DNA of 64,000 nucleotides from Minisyncoccota bacterium (GCA_041659205.1 JBAZYS010000001.1:123166-187165); one strand, 5' to 3'; counted from the first letter of the stretch, positions 9,351-17,778 are shown. Program-made: numbers and translations. Notes: generated by a model not told the origin, from the letters alone.

Positions 9351-12300
9351 TGAAAAGAGAAAATAAAAAAAAGGGAGGGCATGCTTCAATAAAATTTATT
9401 CTTACAACTTGTGCAATAATCTTTGTTGGTATGAGTGGACTTTTTCTCTATGGAAAATTTGTTCAAGCTGCACCTTTTACATTCGTTCAATCTTCATGGG
9501 CGGGTGGAATTACTGCAAATACAGCAGTTCATGCAAGTAACCAAACAGGGTGGACGGAATATTCTCTAAAGAATGATATGACTGCTGGAGGTACCTTGAC
9601 TCTTCCTGTTTCTAGTAAAAATTTTACGGATGATGGAGTGGTTACTACTATTGGAGGATTTGAGCCAATAATTAATGGATTTTTTAATGGGATAGATTCC
9701 GGTACAACTGTTTACGAAAATTTTGATAAGTCTGCTTATGTTGGGCTAGGCACCCCACTTTATTCTGTAGGTAACAATCCACAAGGCGTTGCTTTTGATG
9801 TCACAAATAATGCAACATGGGTGACAAATAGTGCTAGTAATACAGTTACAAAATTAGATGCTGCAACTGGGGCAGTTATTGGTACTTATGCTGTTGGAAA
9901 TAGTCCACGGGGTGTTGTTTTTGATATTACAAATAATGCAGTTTGGATAGCTAATAGTTTGGATAGTACAGTTACAAAATTAAACGCTGCAACTGGAGCA
10001 GTTATTGGTACATATTCGGCAGGGAATCCTCGAGGTATTGCTTTTGATGTTACAAACAATGCAGTGTGGGTGGTTGATGGACTAAATTTAGTTACAAAAT
10101 TAGATGCTACTACTGGTGCCACAATAGGTTCTTATGCTGTTGGTACAAATCCTTGGGAAGTAACGTTTGATATCACAAATAATGCAGTATGGGTAACAAA
10201 TTCTGATGATAATACAGTTTCAAAATTAGATGCTGTATCTGGTGCTAATATAGGAACTTATTCCACCGGGGGAATTTATCCGCTTGGTGTTGTTTTTGAT
10301 ATTACAAATAATGCAACATGGGTGACTAATGCCAACGATAATACTCTTACTAAATTAAATGCTTCTACTGGAGCTATTGTTGGTACTTATTCAACAGGAA
10401 TTAATCCAGGAGGTATTGATTATGATATTACAAGTAATGTTATTTGGGTTAGAGTTAGTGAAAAAAATAGTGTTGATAAATATAATGCTACTACTGGCGT
10501 TCGTATAAGTAGTTATACATTGAGCAGCAATAGGGGGTCTGCTTATCAAGGTGTTGCGTTTGATATTACAAATAATGCTGTATGGTCCGATATTTTTTTT
10601 GATAATAAAGTTAGTAAAATAGATGCAACTAGTTTGAGATATGTTAGTACTGGAATATTTACTGCTGATGTTGTTGATTATGGTGAATCTACGGTATTTA
10701 ACACTTTGTCATACGACAAATCAACACCCGTAGATACTACTTTAACAATAGATGTAAGAGCAGGAAATGTGGCAGTACCTGATGGTACTTGGACAGCATG
10801 GAGTACTAATATTACAAATGGGGGAGATATTAGCGTAATGAGCGGTAATCAATATATTCAATATCGGGCAAATTTTGCGACGACAAACACTGCAATCTCA
10901 CCCGTCCTTTATGATATAACTATTAGTTCTAATTATTGGACATCTGTAGATGATGGTACTCCCTCTACTCAAGGAGGATCTCTTCCTTCTGGTGGATTTT
11001 TTGCTGGAGGTACTAATTTAAACACGATAGTTTCTGGTTCTGGGGCTGGTGCGAGTGTTGTGCTTGGTGAGGCACCAAGTGTTCCGTATGGTGTGGGTAG
11101 TAATCCAGGTGGTATTGCTTTTGATGTTACAAATAATGCTTTATGGGTATTAAGAGGAGGTGTGAATATTGTAACAAAATTAAATGCAACCACTGGTGCA
11201 GTAATAGGTAATTATTCTTTGGTTGATTCCCCCGGGGGCATTGCTTTTGATGTTACAAATAATGCTATATGGGTAACAAATCAACTTATTAATTCTGTTA
11301 CAAAAATAAATGCAGCGACTGGTGCAATTATCGGTACATATAGTGCTGGTATTAGTGCAGGCCCGAATTATATTACATATGATATTACAAACAACGCAGT
11401 TTGGATTATCAATGGGGATAGCACTGTCTCAAAATTAAATGCTACTACTGGTGCACCAATTGGGGGTTTTATTATGATGGGCTCATTTGGAGTAGATACT
11501 GTTTACGATGTTACAAATAATGTGGTTTGGGTTGTTACTAATAATTCCACAACCTTAACAAAGATTAATGCTACCACTGGTGCATTAATTGGTAGTCCAA
11601 TTTCTGTTGGATTTACTATTGGTGGAATTGCTTTTGATGTTACTAATAACCTTTTGTGGGTTGAAAATTATTTCGCTGGAAGTGTTTATAGATATAATGC
11701 AACTACTAATATTGCTGTCGGGTCTCCTGTGCCAATTGGTGTTCATCCGCAAGGAATAGCATTCGATGTTAGTAATAATATGATCTGGGCTTCAAATCGA
11801 GGAAGTAATAATGTTTTTAAAATTGATGCTTCTACTGGTGTATTGGTGGGGATGTCTATTGCAGTAGGAATTTCACCAATGAATGTTGCTTTTGATATTA
11901 CAAATAATTCAGTTTGGGTGACAAACACTGGTGACACTACTGTCAGTAAAATAAATGCCATACCTGTTTACGCAGCTTCCGGTACCTTCACCTCCTCCAT
12001 CATCGATCTTGGAGCTCTTTCTACACTAAATACACTTTCATATAATGTTACGACTCCAATAAATACTAATATTACAATGGACATAAGAGGATCAGTAGAT
12101 AATATTACTTGGGGTGCTTGGGTTACGGGAGTGTCAAATGGAGGATCAGTAGCAGCCCTATCAGGGAACAGATATATACAATATAAAGCAAACTTAAGCA
12201 CTACAGATACAGCAGTAACTCCATCATTGGACGATGTTACTATCAGTTACTCCCAATATCAATCAAGTGGATCTCTTACATCTTCAGTTTTTGATTCAGC

Positions 12301-13030
12301 ATCAGCAGGAAATTTAATTGATAAACTAGCTTGGATAGATAGTGGAACAAGCGTAACAGAGACATTGAGTTTCCAAATTCGTTCTTCTCCTGATGGTTTT
12401 AGTTGGTCAGATTGGTGTGGCCCAACAGTTTTGTGTGATGGCACTAGTAATTTTCTTTCTGTAGACAATGGTGTAGCTTTTGTTTCAGGTCATCCACTTA
12501 AAACAGGAGGAAATGATAGATATTTTCAATATAAAGCCTTCCTTTTTTCAGGTGGATATTTAACGCCAACTCTTTCTTCGGTAACTATTACCTATGATGT
12601 CACTTCAGGTTCACCACCACCTCCATCCGGCGGCGGTTCATTTGCAAGTAGTCCTTCAGCTCTTACTGTGGCAGCATCATCTGTGGCAAACGTTAATGCA
12701 ATATTAAATGGAACAGTAAATTCAAACGGTATTGCTGGTACGACACGTTGGTTTGAGTGGGGGACATCTGCCCTTGGATTAATTAATCAAACGATCCATA
12801 TGCCTCACACAGATACTCCTTCTGGTACAACAGCGACATTATCATGGTCTGGTGTAAAAGGAGCGACAGAATGTAAATTAAATGGAGGACAATATGTAAA
12901 CAAGGTTGTGTCATGTGCGGGAGGAAGCATTACGACAGATGTTCTTACTGTAAATACAACTTATACCCTTACGGCTTCAAATGGGTTTGGACCGGATGTG
13001 ACGAAGAGTTTGAACGTGGTGTTACCCTAG
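9350..13030 (+). CDS. Giant secreted YVTN-family beta-propeller repeat protein, a paralog of the first gene. It has a signal/TM N-terminus, YVTN repeats, two NRYIQY(R/K)ANL domains and a C-terminal FN3-like module with RWFEWGT.
   Basis: It has the same architecture and repeat consensus as gene 1, and its N-terminal 35 aa are alignable to the upstream-extended frame of gene 1. Its ATG overlaps the previous stop, which suggests translational coupling. Confidence 0.75.
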   Translation: MKRENKKKGGHASIKFILTTCAIIFVGMSGLFLYGKFVQAAPFTFVQSSWAGGITANTAVHASNQTGWTEYSLKNDMTAGGTLTLPVSSKNFTDDGVVTTIGGFEPIINGFFNGIDSGTTVYENFDKSAYVGLGTPLYSVGNNPQGVAFDVTNNATWVTNSASNTVTKLDAATGAVIGTYAVGNSPRGVVFDITNNAVWIANSLDSTVTKLNAATGAVIGTYSAGNPRGIAFDVTNNAVWVVDGLNLVTKLDATTGATIGSYAVGTNPWEVTFDITNNAVWVTNSDDNTVSKLDAVSGANIGTYSTGGIYPLGVVFDITNNATWVTNANDNTLTKLNASTGAIVGTYSTGINPGGIDYDITSNVIWVRVSEKNSVDKYNATTGVRISSYTLSSNRGSAYQGVAFDITNNAVWSDIFFDNKVSKIDATSLRYVSTGIFTADVVDYGESTVFNTLSYDKSTPVDTTLTIDVRAGNVAVPDGTWTAWSTNITNGGDISVMSGNQYIQYRANFATTNTAISPVLYDITISSNYWTSVDDGTPSTQGGSLPSGGFFAGGTNLNTIVSGSGAGASVVLGEAPSVPYGVGSNPGGIAFDVTNNALWVLRGGVNIVTKLNATTGAVIGNYSLVDSPGGIAFDVTNNAIWVTNQLINSVTKINAATGAIIGTYSAGISAGPNYITYDITNNAVWIINGDSTVSKLNATTGAPIGGFIMMGSFGVDTVYDVTNNVVWVVTNNSTTLTKINATTGALIGSPISVGFTIGGIAFDVTNNLLWVENYFAGSVYRYNATTNIAVGSPVPIGVHPQGIAFDVSNNMIWASNRGSNNVFKIDASTGVLVGMSIAVGISPMNVAFDITNNSVWVTNTGDTTVSKINAIPVYAASGTFTSSIIDLGALSTLNTLSYNVTTPINTNITMDIRGSVDNITWGAWVTGVSNGGSVAALSGNRYIQYKANLSTTDTAVTPSLDDVTISYSQYQSSGSLTSSVFDSASAGNLIDKLAWIDSGTSVTETLSFQIRSSPDGFSWSDWCGPTVLCDGTSNFLSVDNGVAFVSGHPLKTGGNDRYFQYKAFLFSGGYLTPTLSSVTITYDVTSGSPPPPSGGGSFASSPSALTVAASSVANVNAILNGTVNSNGIAGTTRWFEWGTSALGLINQTIHMPHTDTPSGTTATLSWSGVKGATECKLNGGQYVNKVVSCAGGSITTDVLTVNTTYTLTASNGFGPDVTKSLNVVLP

Positions 13031-13129
13031 AAATAGAGATAATTTAATTTCCTAGTTGGAAGTTAGATTTTCTTTGCATTTTTTTGACAAATTGTTATAC
13101 TTGTCGTTACTTAAATACAAACAAAAAAA

Positions 13130-14521
13130 ATGAAAAAAATAAAAAAACTTGGTAAAAATTGGAAAAAGTTTTGGAAGCTCGGAGCGGATGAATTCAACAC
13201 GCAGTTTTTCGGCGTGAACAAAGATGGTGAGCTCACTGCAACCGAAGGTCACCATATATATAATTTGAGCGACATGGCTCATAAGTATGGCACACCCCTA
13301 CAAGTAATATTTCCTTTTATTATTGAAGACAGACTTAAGGACCTTTTGGGATATTTTCAAGCCTATATGAAAATTTATGGGTATAAAGGTAAATTCTTTT
13401 ACCACTATCCAATGAAAGTAAATCAAAATAAAGAATTTATTCTTCCGATTTTATCTGAGGGAGCGAACCTTGAAGTAACTTCTGCCAACGAACTCTGGAT
13501 AGTAAAAAATCTCTGGGAAAGAGAGAAGTTTAATAGTAAAATTCGGGTATTCTGTAATGGTCCTAAAACTGATCAATATCTTGATTTGATTGAAGAATTG
13601 CGTGCAAAGGGGATGAGTATTGTTCCTATCATCGAGAGTTTAGATGAAGTGGATAGAATTTCTAAGTATAAAGGAGATGTCGGAGTGCGGGTGGATTTAA
13701 ATATTAAAGCAGATACACATTGGGATAAAAAGTTTGATCGTTTTGGGCTTTCTGAAAATGATGCACTTGATTTAAGCAAAATAAAAAATTTAAAGATATT
13801 ACATTATCACCTCGGTTCTCAAATAAAAACTCAAAAAAGTATTTTGGACGGAGTAAAACATGCATTTAGTATTTATGTTCAACTTCAAAAAACACATCCA
13901 TCACTCGACACGCTCGACATTGGTGGTGGTTTTGGTGTGCCTTATGAAAAGAAGAAGTTCTACACTGCCAAGGGTGTCTCTAGTAAAATCATTAAAGTAT
14001 TAAAAAGTTTGTCCGATAAAGCAGGAATTAAACATCCAAACTTGGCTGTGGAGTGGGGTCAATATATTGCTGCACCTGCACAAATTACTATGTATAAAGT
14101 TCTTTCAAAAAAGGCTATTCCAAAAGCAAATGCAAAGGCTTGGTATATTATAGATGGTAGTTTTATGAATGATTTAAAGGATACTTGGGCTATTCATCAA
14201 AAATGGCATGTTATACCAGCAAACAATATGCATAGTGTCCTGAAGACTGTATGGCTCGCAGGGAGCACTTGTGACTCAGATGATAAATATACTGCAGGGG
14301 GGAACTATATTATGATGCCCAAGCTTCATGACAATAATGATGCTCAATTAATAGCAGTTCTTGATACTGGAGCATACCAAGATGGGCTCTCTTCTCACCA
14401 TTGTCTACTTGCTGCACCACTTAAAATTGTTGCTCAAGATGGTATGGTTAAAGTTGCTCGAAAGCGCGAAAATGCAGATTCCATCGGTAAGCTTTTTGGT
14501 TGGAATGGAGATAATAAATAA
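13130..14521 (+). CDS. PLP-dependent decarboxylase of the Orn/DAP/Arg decarboxylase family (alanine-racemase-like fold); most similar in motif to biosynthetic arginine decarboxylase.
   Basis: The motifs HYHLGSQ, DIGGGFGVPY and C-terminal AGSTCDSDD are typical of fold-type III decarboxylases (the SpeA-like H.HLGSQ and CDSxD). The assignment rests on motifs alone. Confidence 0.6.
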   Translation: MKKIKKLGKNWKKFWKLGADEFNTQFFGVNKDGELTATEGHHIYNLSDMAHKYGTPLQVIFPFIIEDRLKDLLGYFQAYMKIYGYKGKFFYHYPMKVNQNKEFILPILSEGANLEVTSANELWIVKNLWEREKFNSKIRVFCNGPKTDQYLDLIEELRAKGMSIVPIIESLDEVDRISKYKGDVGVRVDLNIKADTHWDKKFDRFGLSENDALDLSKIKNLKILHYHLGSQIKTQKSILDGVKHAFSIYVQLQKTHPSLDTLDIGGGFGVPYEKKKFYTAKGVSSKIIKVLKSLSDKAGIKHPNLAVEWGQYIAAPAQITMYKVLSKKAIPKANAKAWYIIDGSFMNDLKDTWAIHQKWHVIPANNMHSVLKTVWLAGSTCDSDDKYTAGGNYIMMPKLHDNNDAQLIAVLDTGAYQDGLSSHHCLLAAPLKIVAQDGMVKVARKRENADSIGKLFGWNGDNK

Positions 14522-14524
14522 TTT

Positions 14525-15037
14525 ATGGAGGAAAATAAAATTAATAAAAAATTTTCTCGGGTCCTCGGAAAAAATCCCCAGACCACTTTAAAATATTTTA
14601 TCAATTTTATTTTATTGTTTGTTTTTTTTATTGGTGGATTTTTTTTACTTAAAGATTTTTCAAAAAATTTAGTAATTGAAGATGTTAAACAAATAGTAAT
14701 CGGTGGGCAGACATTGAATGTGGACCTTGCATTAACCCCTCTGGGGCAGACACAAGGACTTTCAGGAAGAAGTGAATTAAGAGAAAATGAGGGAATGTTA
14801 TTTGTTTTTGAGCAGCCAGGGAAATATTCCTTTTGGATGAAGGATATGAAGTTTCCTTTAGATATTATTTGGATAGGTGAAGATATGAATGTAATTTATA
14901 TACAGAAAAATGCCTCACCTGAATCATATCCAGAAAGTTTTGTCTCAGAAAAAAATGCTAAATATGTTCTAGAGGTTTTTGCAGGTTTTGCAGATAAAAA
15001 TAATTTAAAAGAAGGGGATAAGGTGGAGTATAAATAA
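14525..15037 (+). CDS. DUF192-family protein (COG1430-like) with an N-terminal TM anchor.
   Basis: The core MLFVF...FWMKDMKFPLDIIW...YVLEV resembles the conserved DUF192 core, and there is an N-terminal hydrophobic helix. It is tightly linked (4-nt gap) to the decarboxylase. Confidence 0.55.
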   Translation: MEENKINKKFSRVLGKNPQTTLKYFINFILLFVFFIGGFFLLKDFSKNLVIEDVKQIVIGGQTLNVDLALTPLGQTQGLSGRSELRENEGMLFVFEQPGKYSFWMKDMKFPLDIIWIGEDMNVIYIQKNASPESYPESFVSEKNAKYVLEVFAGFADKNNLKEGDKVEYK

Positions 15038-15064
15038 TAAAATAAGTTTCAAATTTAGATAAAG

Positions 15065-15100
15065 AAAATCCTCCGCTTTTGGCAGAGGATTTTCGTTTTT
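15065..15100. terminator. Bidirectional Rho-independent terminator shared by the DUF192 operon (+) and rnpB (-).
   Basis: The hairpin is aaaatcctccgc-tttt-gcagaggatttt. A T-run follows on the + strand and U-rich sequence follows on the - strand. Confidence 0.6.
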
Positions 15101-15102
15101 GT

Positions 15103-15448
15103 GCAGGTAACTATAAGCCGAATTTTGTGGCCCGACCGAAGTCGAGCGATAGCAATTTATCTAGGCTCTAAATTACTCTAGAGCTCAAGCGATTCTTCCG
15201 CCTCATCGGCGGACACGATCTTGCACAGGAGTAAGGGTTTAGCCGTTTCACTCTGACGTTTCCGTCAGACTATTCCGCAGATTGCTCTATGGAACCCTAG
15301 CCTTTTGGCATTGGCGTCTCTGCTCGCACCTATGTATTGCTACACACGGGTATTACCCGCTACCTGTTTTTCGCCCCGCCGAGGCGGGGTAAACTGTGTT
15401 CGGACTTTCCTCTCCGACCTTACGTCGGAGTAGCTATCCATTGCCTGC
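15103..15448 (-). ncRNA. rnpB: RNase P RNA (bacterial type, about 346 nt).
   Basis: The minus-strand sequence contains the universally conserved P4 strands GAGGAAAGTCCGAAC and ACAAAATTCGGCTTATAG (compare AGGAAAGUCCGGGC / ACAGAACCCGGCUUA). It also contains GUGAAACGGC, and a P1 pairing between gcaggcaa (5') and ttacctgc (3'). The GC-rich structured segment sits in an AT-rich genome. Confidence 0.75.
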
Positions 15449-15520
15449 TTTTATACTATAACATATTTATCATTGTATTTCAATGGGTAATTGTGTAGTG
15501 TCTTTTGCGCGATGGGGGGC

Positions 15521-15549
15521 TTGCTTTTTTTATACATGTATGATATACT
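15521..15549 (+). promoter_or_regulatory. Sigma70-like promoter TTGCTT-17-TGaTATACT, positioned to drive a short transcript that would end at the 15609..15635 terminator.
   Basis: The -35 ttgctt (15521-15526), a 17-nt spacer and the extended -10 tgaTATACT (15541-15549) are all read directly from the sequence. Confidence 0.4.
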
Positions 15550-15608
15550 CTTCTTGTGGGTGTGAGGTAAAATTCACATTTATCGTAAACAACATAAGTG
15601 CCGCAAAA

Positions 15609-15635
15609 GCCCGCCGAAAGGTGGGTTTTTGTTTT
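15609..15635 (+). terminator. Strand-specific intrinsic terminator (its G-U wobble pairs form only in the + sense).
   Basis: The hairpin is gcccgcc-gaaa-ggtgggt followed by ttttgtttt. The reverse strand would carry A-C mismatches in the stem. Confidence 0.45.
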
Positions 15636-15683
15636 GCCCTTTTTTGCTATTCTAGCTATAATAATAGGGAATAGGTCAAGGGC

Positions 15684-15712
15684 TTGCTTTTATTAGATTA
15701 GTGTGATATAAT
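15684..15712 (+). promoter_or_regulatory. Promoter TTGCTT-17-TGaTATAAT that ends 6 nt before the ATG at 15719 (leaderless transcript predicted).
   Basis: The -35 lies at 15684-15689 and the extended -10 tgaTATAAT has its hexamer at 15707-15712. The ATG at 15719 coincides with the expected +1. Confidence 0.5.
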
Positions 15713-15718
15713 ATACTT

Positions 15719-16111
15719 ATGAAAAATGAAAATTTATATGTAGGGGAGGGTCCTTTTAAAGGTAGCTACGAAGGTTTCAAAACGAAGATTTCTGTTCAAC
15801 CTGATGATATAAAAAGAGTTCGCGCTGAAGCTAAATCTCGCGGTCAAGATGAAGATTTGGCTGAAAAAACGTATAGAGAAAAAATCGAAAAAGCTAATGT
15901 AAGAATTAGCGGTAAAGAAATTACTCCTGAACAAAAAGTGGAAATGGATAATTTGGCCAATATGATATTGGCAAAGCAGGCAGAGCAGCAGGCAAAGCAA
16001 GCAGAAAGAAATAAAAAGGAATCAGAAAATTTGCAAGATAGAAAAGATAGATTGCTTGAAATATTAGCAGAGAGAAATGGTCCACGAGATGGTCAGAATA
16101 CTCAACATTAA
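15719..16111 (+). CDS. Hypothetical charged, coiled-coil-rich protein (130 aa).
   Basis: It has a clean ORF, its own promoter, and a downstream hairpin (16122-16143). It has no recognisable motifs. Confidence 0.5.
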   Translation: MKNENLYVGEGPFKGSYEGFKTKISVQPDDIKRVRAEAKSRGQDEDLAEKTYREKIEKANVRISGKEITPEQKVEMDNLANMILAKQAEQQAKQAERNKKESENLQDRKDRLLEILAERNGPRDGQNTQH

Positions 16112-16121
16112 TTAAAACACT

Positions 16122-16143
16122 AAAGTCCCCGAAAGGGGACTTT
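16122..16143. terminator. Hairpin terminator aaagtcccc-gaaa-ggggacttt.
   Basis: It is a perfect 9-bp stem with a GAAA loop, located between convergent units (the + CDS and the - strand tRNA-Ala). Confidence 0.5.
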
Positions 16144-16219
16144 AGTGTTGATTTCATGAATCCTAAACCTAATAGCTTTCACAAAAAAAAGCCTAGCGTG
16201 CGCCAGGCTTTTTTCCTCG

Positions 16220-16292
16220 TGGACCGTACAGGACTCGAACCTGCCACCCCCTCATTGCAAATGAGGTGCTCTACCAGATGAGCTAACGGCCC
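16220..16292 (-). tRNA. tRNA-Ala (anticodon TGC).
   Basis: The reverse complement folds as a cloverleaf with acceptor gggccgt/acggtcc, including the diagnostic G3:U70 pair. The anticodon loop is tttgcaa and the T-loop is ttcgagt. No CCA is encoded. Confidence 0.85.
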
Positions 16293-16346
16293 GTGCATAC
16301 ATTAAAACTTACTTCTCTCTCAATTCTGTATTGCTTTTACTAGGCG

Positions 16347-16367
16347 CTACAGATGAGCTAACGGCCC
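16347..16367 (-). repeat. Duplicated 5' fragment (about 19-21 nt) of the tRNA-Ala gene, 54 bp upstream of the intact copy.
   Basis: ctacagatgagctaacggccc matches tRNA-Ala positions 16272-16292 (gggccgttagctcatctg in tRNA sense). Downstream of the match it diverges (..tagcgcc). Confidence 0.6.
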
Positions 16368-16498
16368 AAACAACCTAAACCAATAAACCCTATATGTACA
16401 AAGATATTCTATCTTATTTTAACAATAATGCAAATTTTGGTGTTGTTTTTTATTAAATTTCTGTTAATATAAAGAAGTTGTTTGAAAAACAACTGAAC

Positions 16499-16570
16499 TC
16501 TGGGGTAGCTCAGCGGTAGAGCGGTCGCCTGTTAAGCGATTGGTCGTAGGTTCGATCCCTACCCCCAGAG
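16499..16570 (+). tRNA. tRNA-Asn (anticodon GTT).
   Basis: The cloverleaf has acceptor tctgggg/ccccaga, D-arm gctc-agcggta-gagc, anticodon loop ctgttaa and T-loop ttcgatc. Confidence 0.85.
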
Positions 16571-16839
16571 CATCGTAAAAACAATATTAAAATAGCCACC
16601 GCCCCTTTTGGGGCGACGGCTTTTTTGGTTTTCTTTTTGACCACATAGAGCGTGAGCCAAAAAGTAATGTCGGCTGTAAGACTTCCTAGAACAGAGCCAA
16701 TAGTTATACCGAAAGCTAGAGAGCTTAGGTAGATAAATAATGGGCGAAGAAAGAATACATCCAGGCAGTCTGCAATTCCTAGGGTCAGGGAGACCACTTT
16801 GATTGCTTCAAAGTAACCTCCGACCATTTCTAATTTCAT
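16510..16839 (-). pseudogene. Doubtful or degenerate ORF for a small hydrophobic peptide. Its frame runs through the terminator hairpin and the tRNA-Asn gene before reaching a stop.
   Basis: The N-terminal ~65 aa (MKLEMVGGYFEAIKVVSLTLGIADCLDVFFLRPLFIYLSSLAFGITIGSVLG..) are TM-like, but the C-terminal third overlaps tRNA-Asn. It overlaps the upstream ORF 16808..17017 out of frame, which suggests a frameshifted or decayed gene. Confidence 0.25.
16595..16627 (+). terminator. Intrinsic terminator after tRNA-Asn.
   Basis: The hairpin is gccaccgcccc-tttt-ggggcgacggc followed by tttttt. Confidence 0.6.
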
Positions 16840-17017
16840 GCCATATTAATAACCCCCATAAAGGAAGACTTTCAGCAATTGCCACAATGGGGGCACTGAA
16901 AGAAGGTGAAAGGGAAAGATTTCCCATGGCCCAGCCAGTAGTGGGGCCAAATACGTTTCCTAGAGCTTCTGCTTGCAGTATGGGGTGCCTGACGAGGCAC
17001 TTTAAGCTAATAGACAT
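16808..17017 (-). CDS. Small hypothetical membrane peptide (70 aa) with a strong Shine-Dalgarno site.
   Basis: The ATG at 17017 is preceded by AGGAGG (rc of 17024-17029) with a 6-nt spacer. The product has hydrophobic segments (PIVAIAESLPLWGLLIW). The locus is higher in GC than its surroundings. Confidence 0.35.
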   Translation of the reverse strand: MSISLKCLVRHPILQAEALGNVFGPTTGWAMGNLSLSPSFSAPIVAIAESLPLWGLLIWHEIRNGRRLL

Positions 17018-17099
17018 AAATAACCTCCTTAGATATTTTACTACAATTAAATAAAAAAAGTAGCAAGTTTTAGGCTCGCTACTCTTCTGCTGATGGATC

Positions 17100-17378
17100 C
17101 TATGATTTAATGCGAAGTTTGCGAAGAAACTCTTCATCTTCTTGTTGTTTCTTTTTAGTTAAGGATGCAGCTTTTTCTTTGCTCGCTTTTATGTCAGCCG
17201 ATTGGGCCAGATGATTTAGAGTCTCCCTTGAGGGTGTCCAAGAACAACCCTTTTTACAGTATGGACAGAAGGCAAAAAAACGACGTCCATCTTTTGCATT
17301 ATATTCAGCCCTGTTAACCGGTAGTTCTTCCTTGCAATATGGGCAAGGGATGTTTACTGCCCACCACTGGCTTTCCAT
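17100..17378 (-). CDS. Small zinc-ribbon protein (CPYC...CPYC) with a Lys/Glu-rich tail; it has a strong SD.
   Basis: Two CxxC pairs (CPYCKEE, CPYCKKGC) sit 22 aa apart. AAGGAGG lies 5 nt upstream of the ATG (rc of 17384-17389). Confidence 0.5.
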   Translation of the reverse strand: MESQWWAVNIPCPYCKEELPVNRAEYNAKDGRRFFAFCPYCKKGCSWTPSRETLNHLAQSADIKASKEKAASLTKKKQQEDEEFLRKLRIKS

Positions 17379-17486
17379 ATCGTCCTCCTTTCAAGGAACT
17401 AGGGTTATGTCGTAAGTATACCTATCTCTTCAAAAATTGCTATAATTAACAGTAGGGTAATTATTATTAACTTTTCATAAAAAAGT

Positions 17487-17675
17487 ATGCAAATATTTAA
17501 AACACGAAGTTTTGAATGGTGGCAAATGGGTTTAATAAAAGTTTGTCTTATTTCTTTGGGTATTTTGTTAGGCTTATATTTTTATGATTATCTTTTAGAG
17601 TTTTTGTGGCTTTGGTGGGGCTTGTTTGTAATCATTGGAATTTATTTTATTGTTAGATTCTTCCGGGGGCAATAA
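17487..17675 (+). CDS. Hypothetical small two-TM membrane protein (62 aa).
   Basis: Its hydrophobic helices are LIKVCLISLGILLGLYFY and LWLWWGLFVIIGIYFIV. No homolog is recognisable. Confidence 0.3.
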   Translation: MQIFKTRSFEWWQMGLIKVCLISLGILLGLYFYDYLLEFLWLWWGLFVIIGIYFIVRFFRGQ

Positions 17676-17778
17676 AATTATATTGACTCTTAATACTTAA
17701 TACTATTTGTGTTTATAAAAAGATAGTAATAACTATGCTATAATAGCAACATTATTAATTTAGTTTTAAGTAGATTAT

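Noticed and set aside
15070-15450. I considered tmRNA or SRP RNA for the GC-rich structured segment.
   Set aside because: It has no tRNA-like 3' end and no SRP domain-IV motif. The conserved GAGGAAAGUCCG and ACAAAAUUCGGCUUAUAG strands on the minus strand identify it as RNase P RNA.
15483-15674. A 63-aa + ORF between rnpB and the 15719 gene.
   Set aside because: It has a Cys-rich nonsense composition, and the region is better explained by two promoters and a strand-specific terminator (the sRNA candidate).
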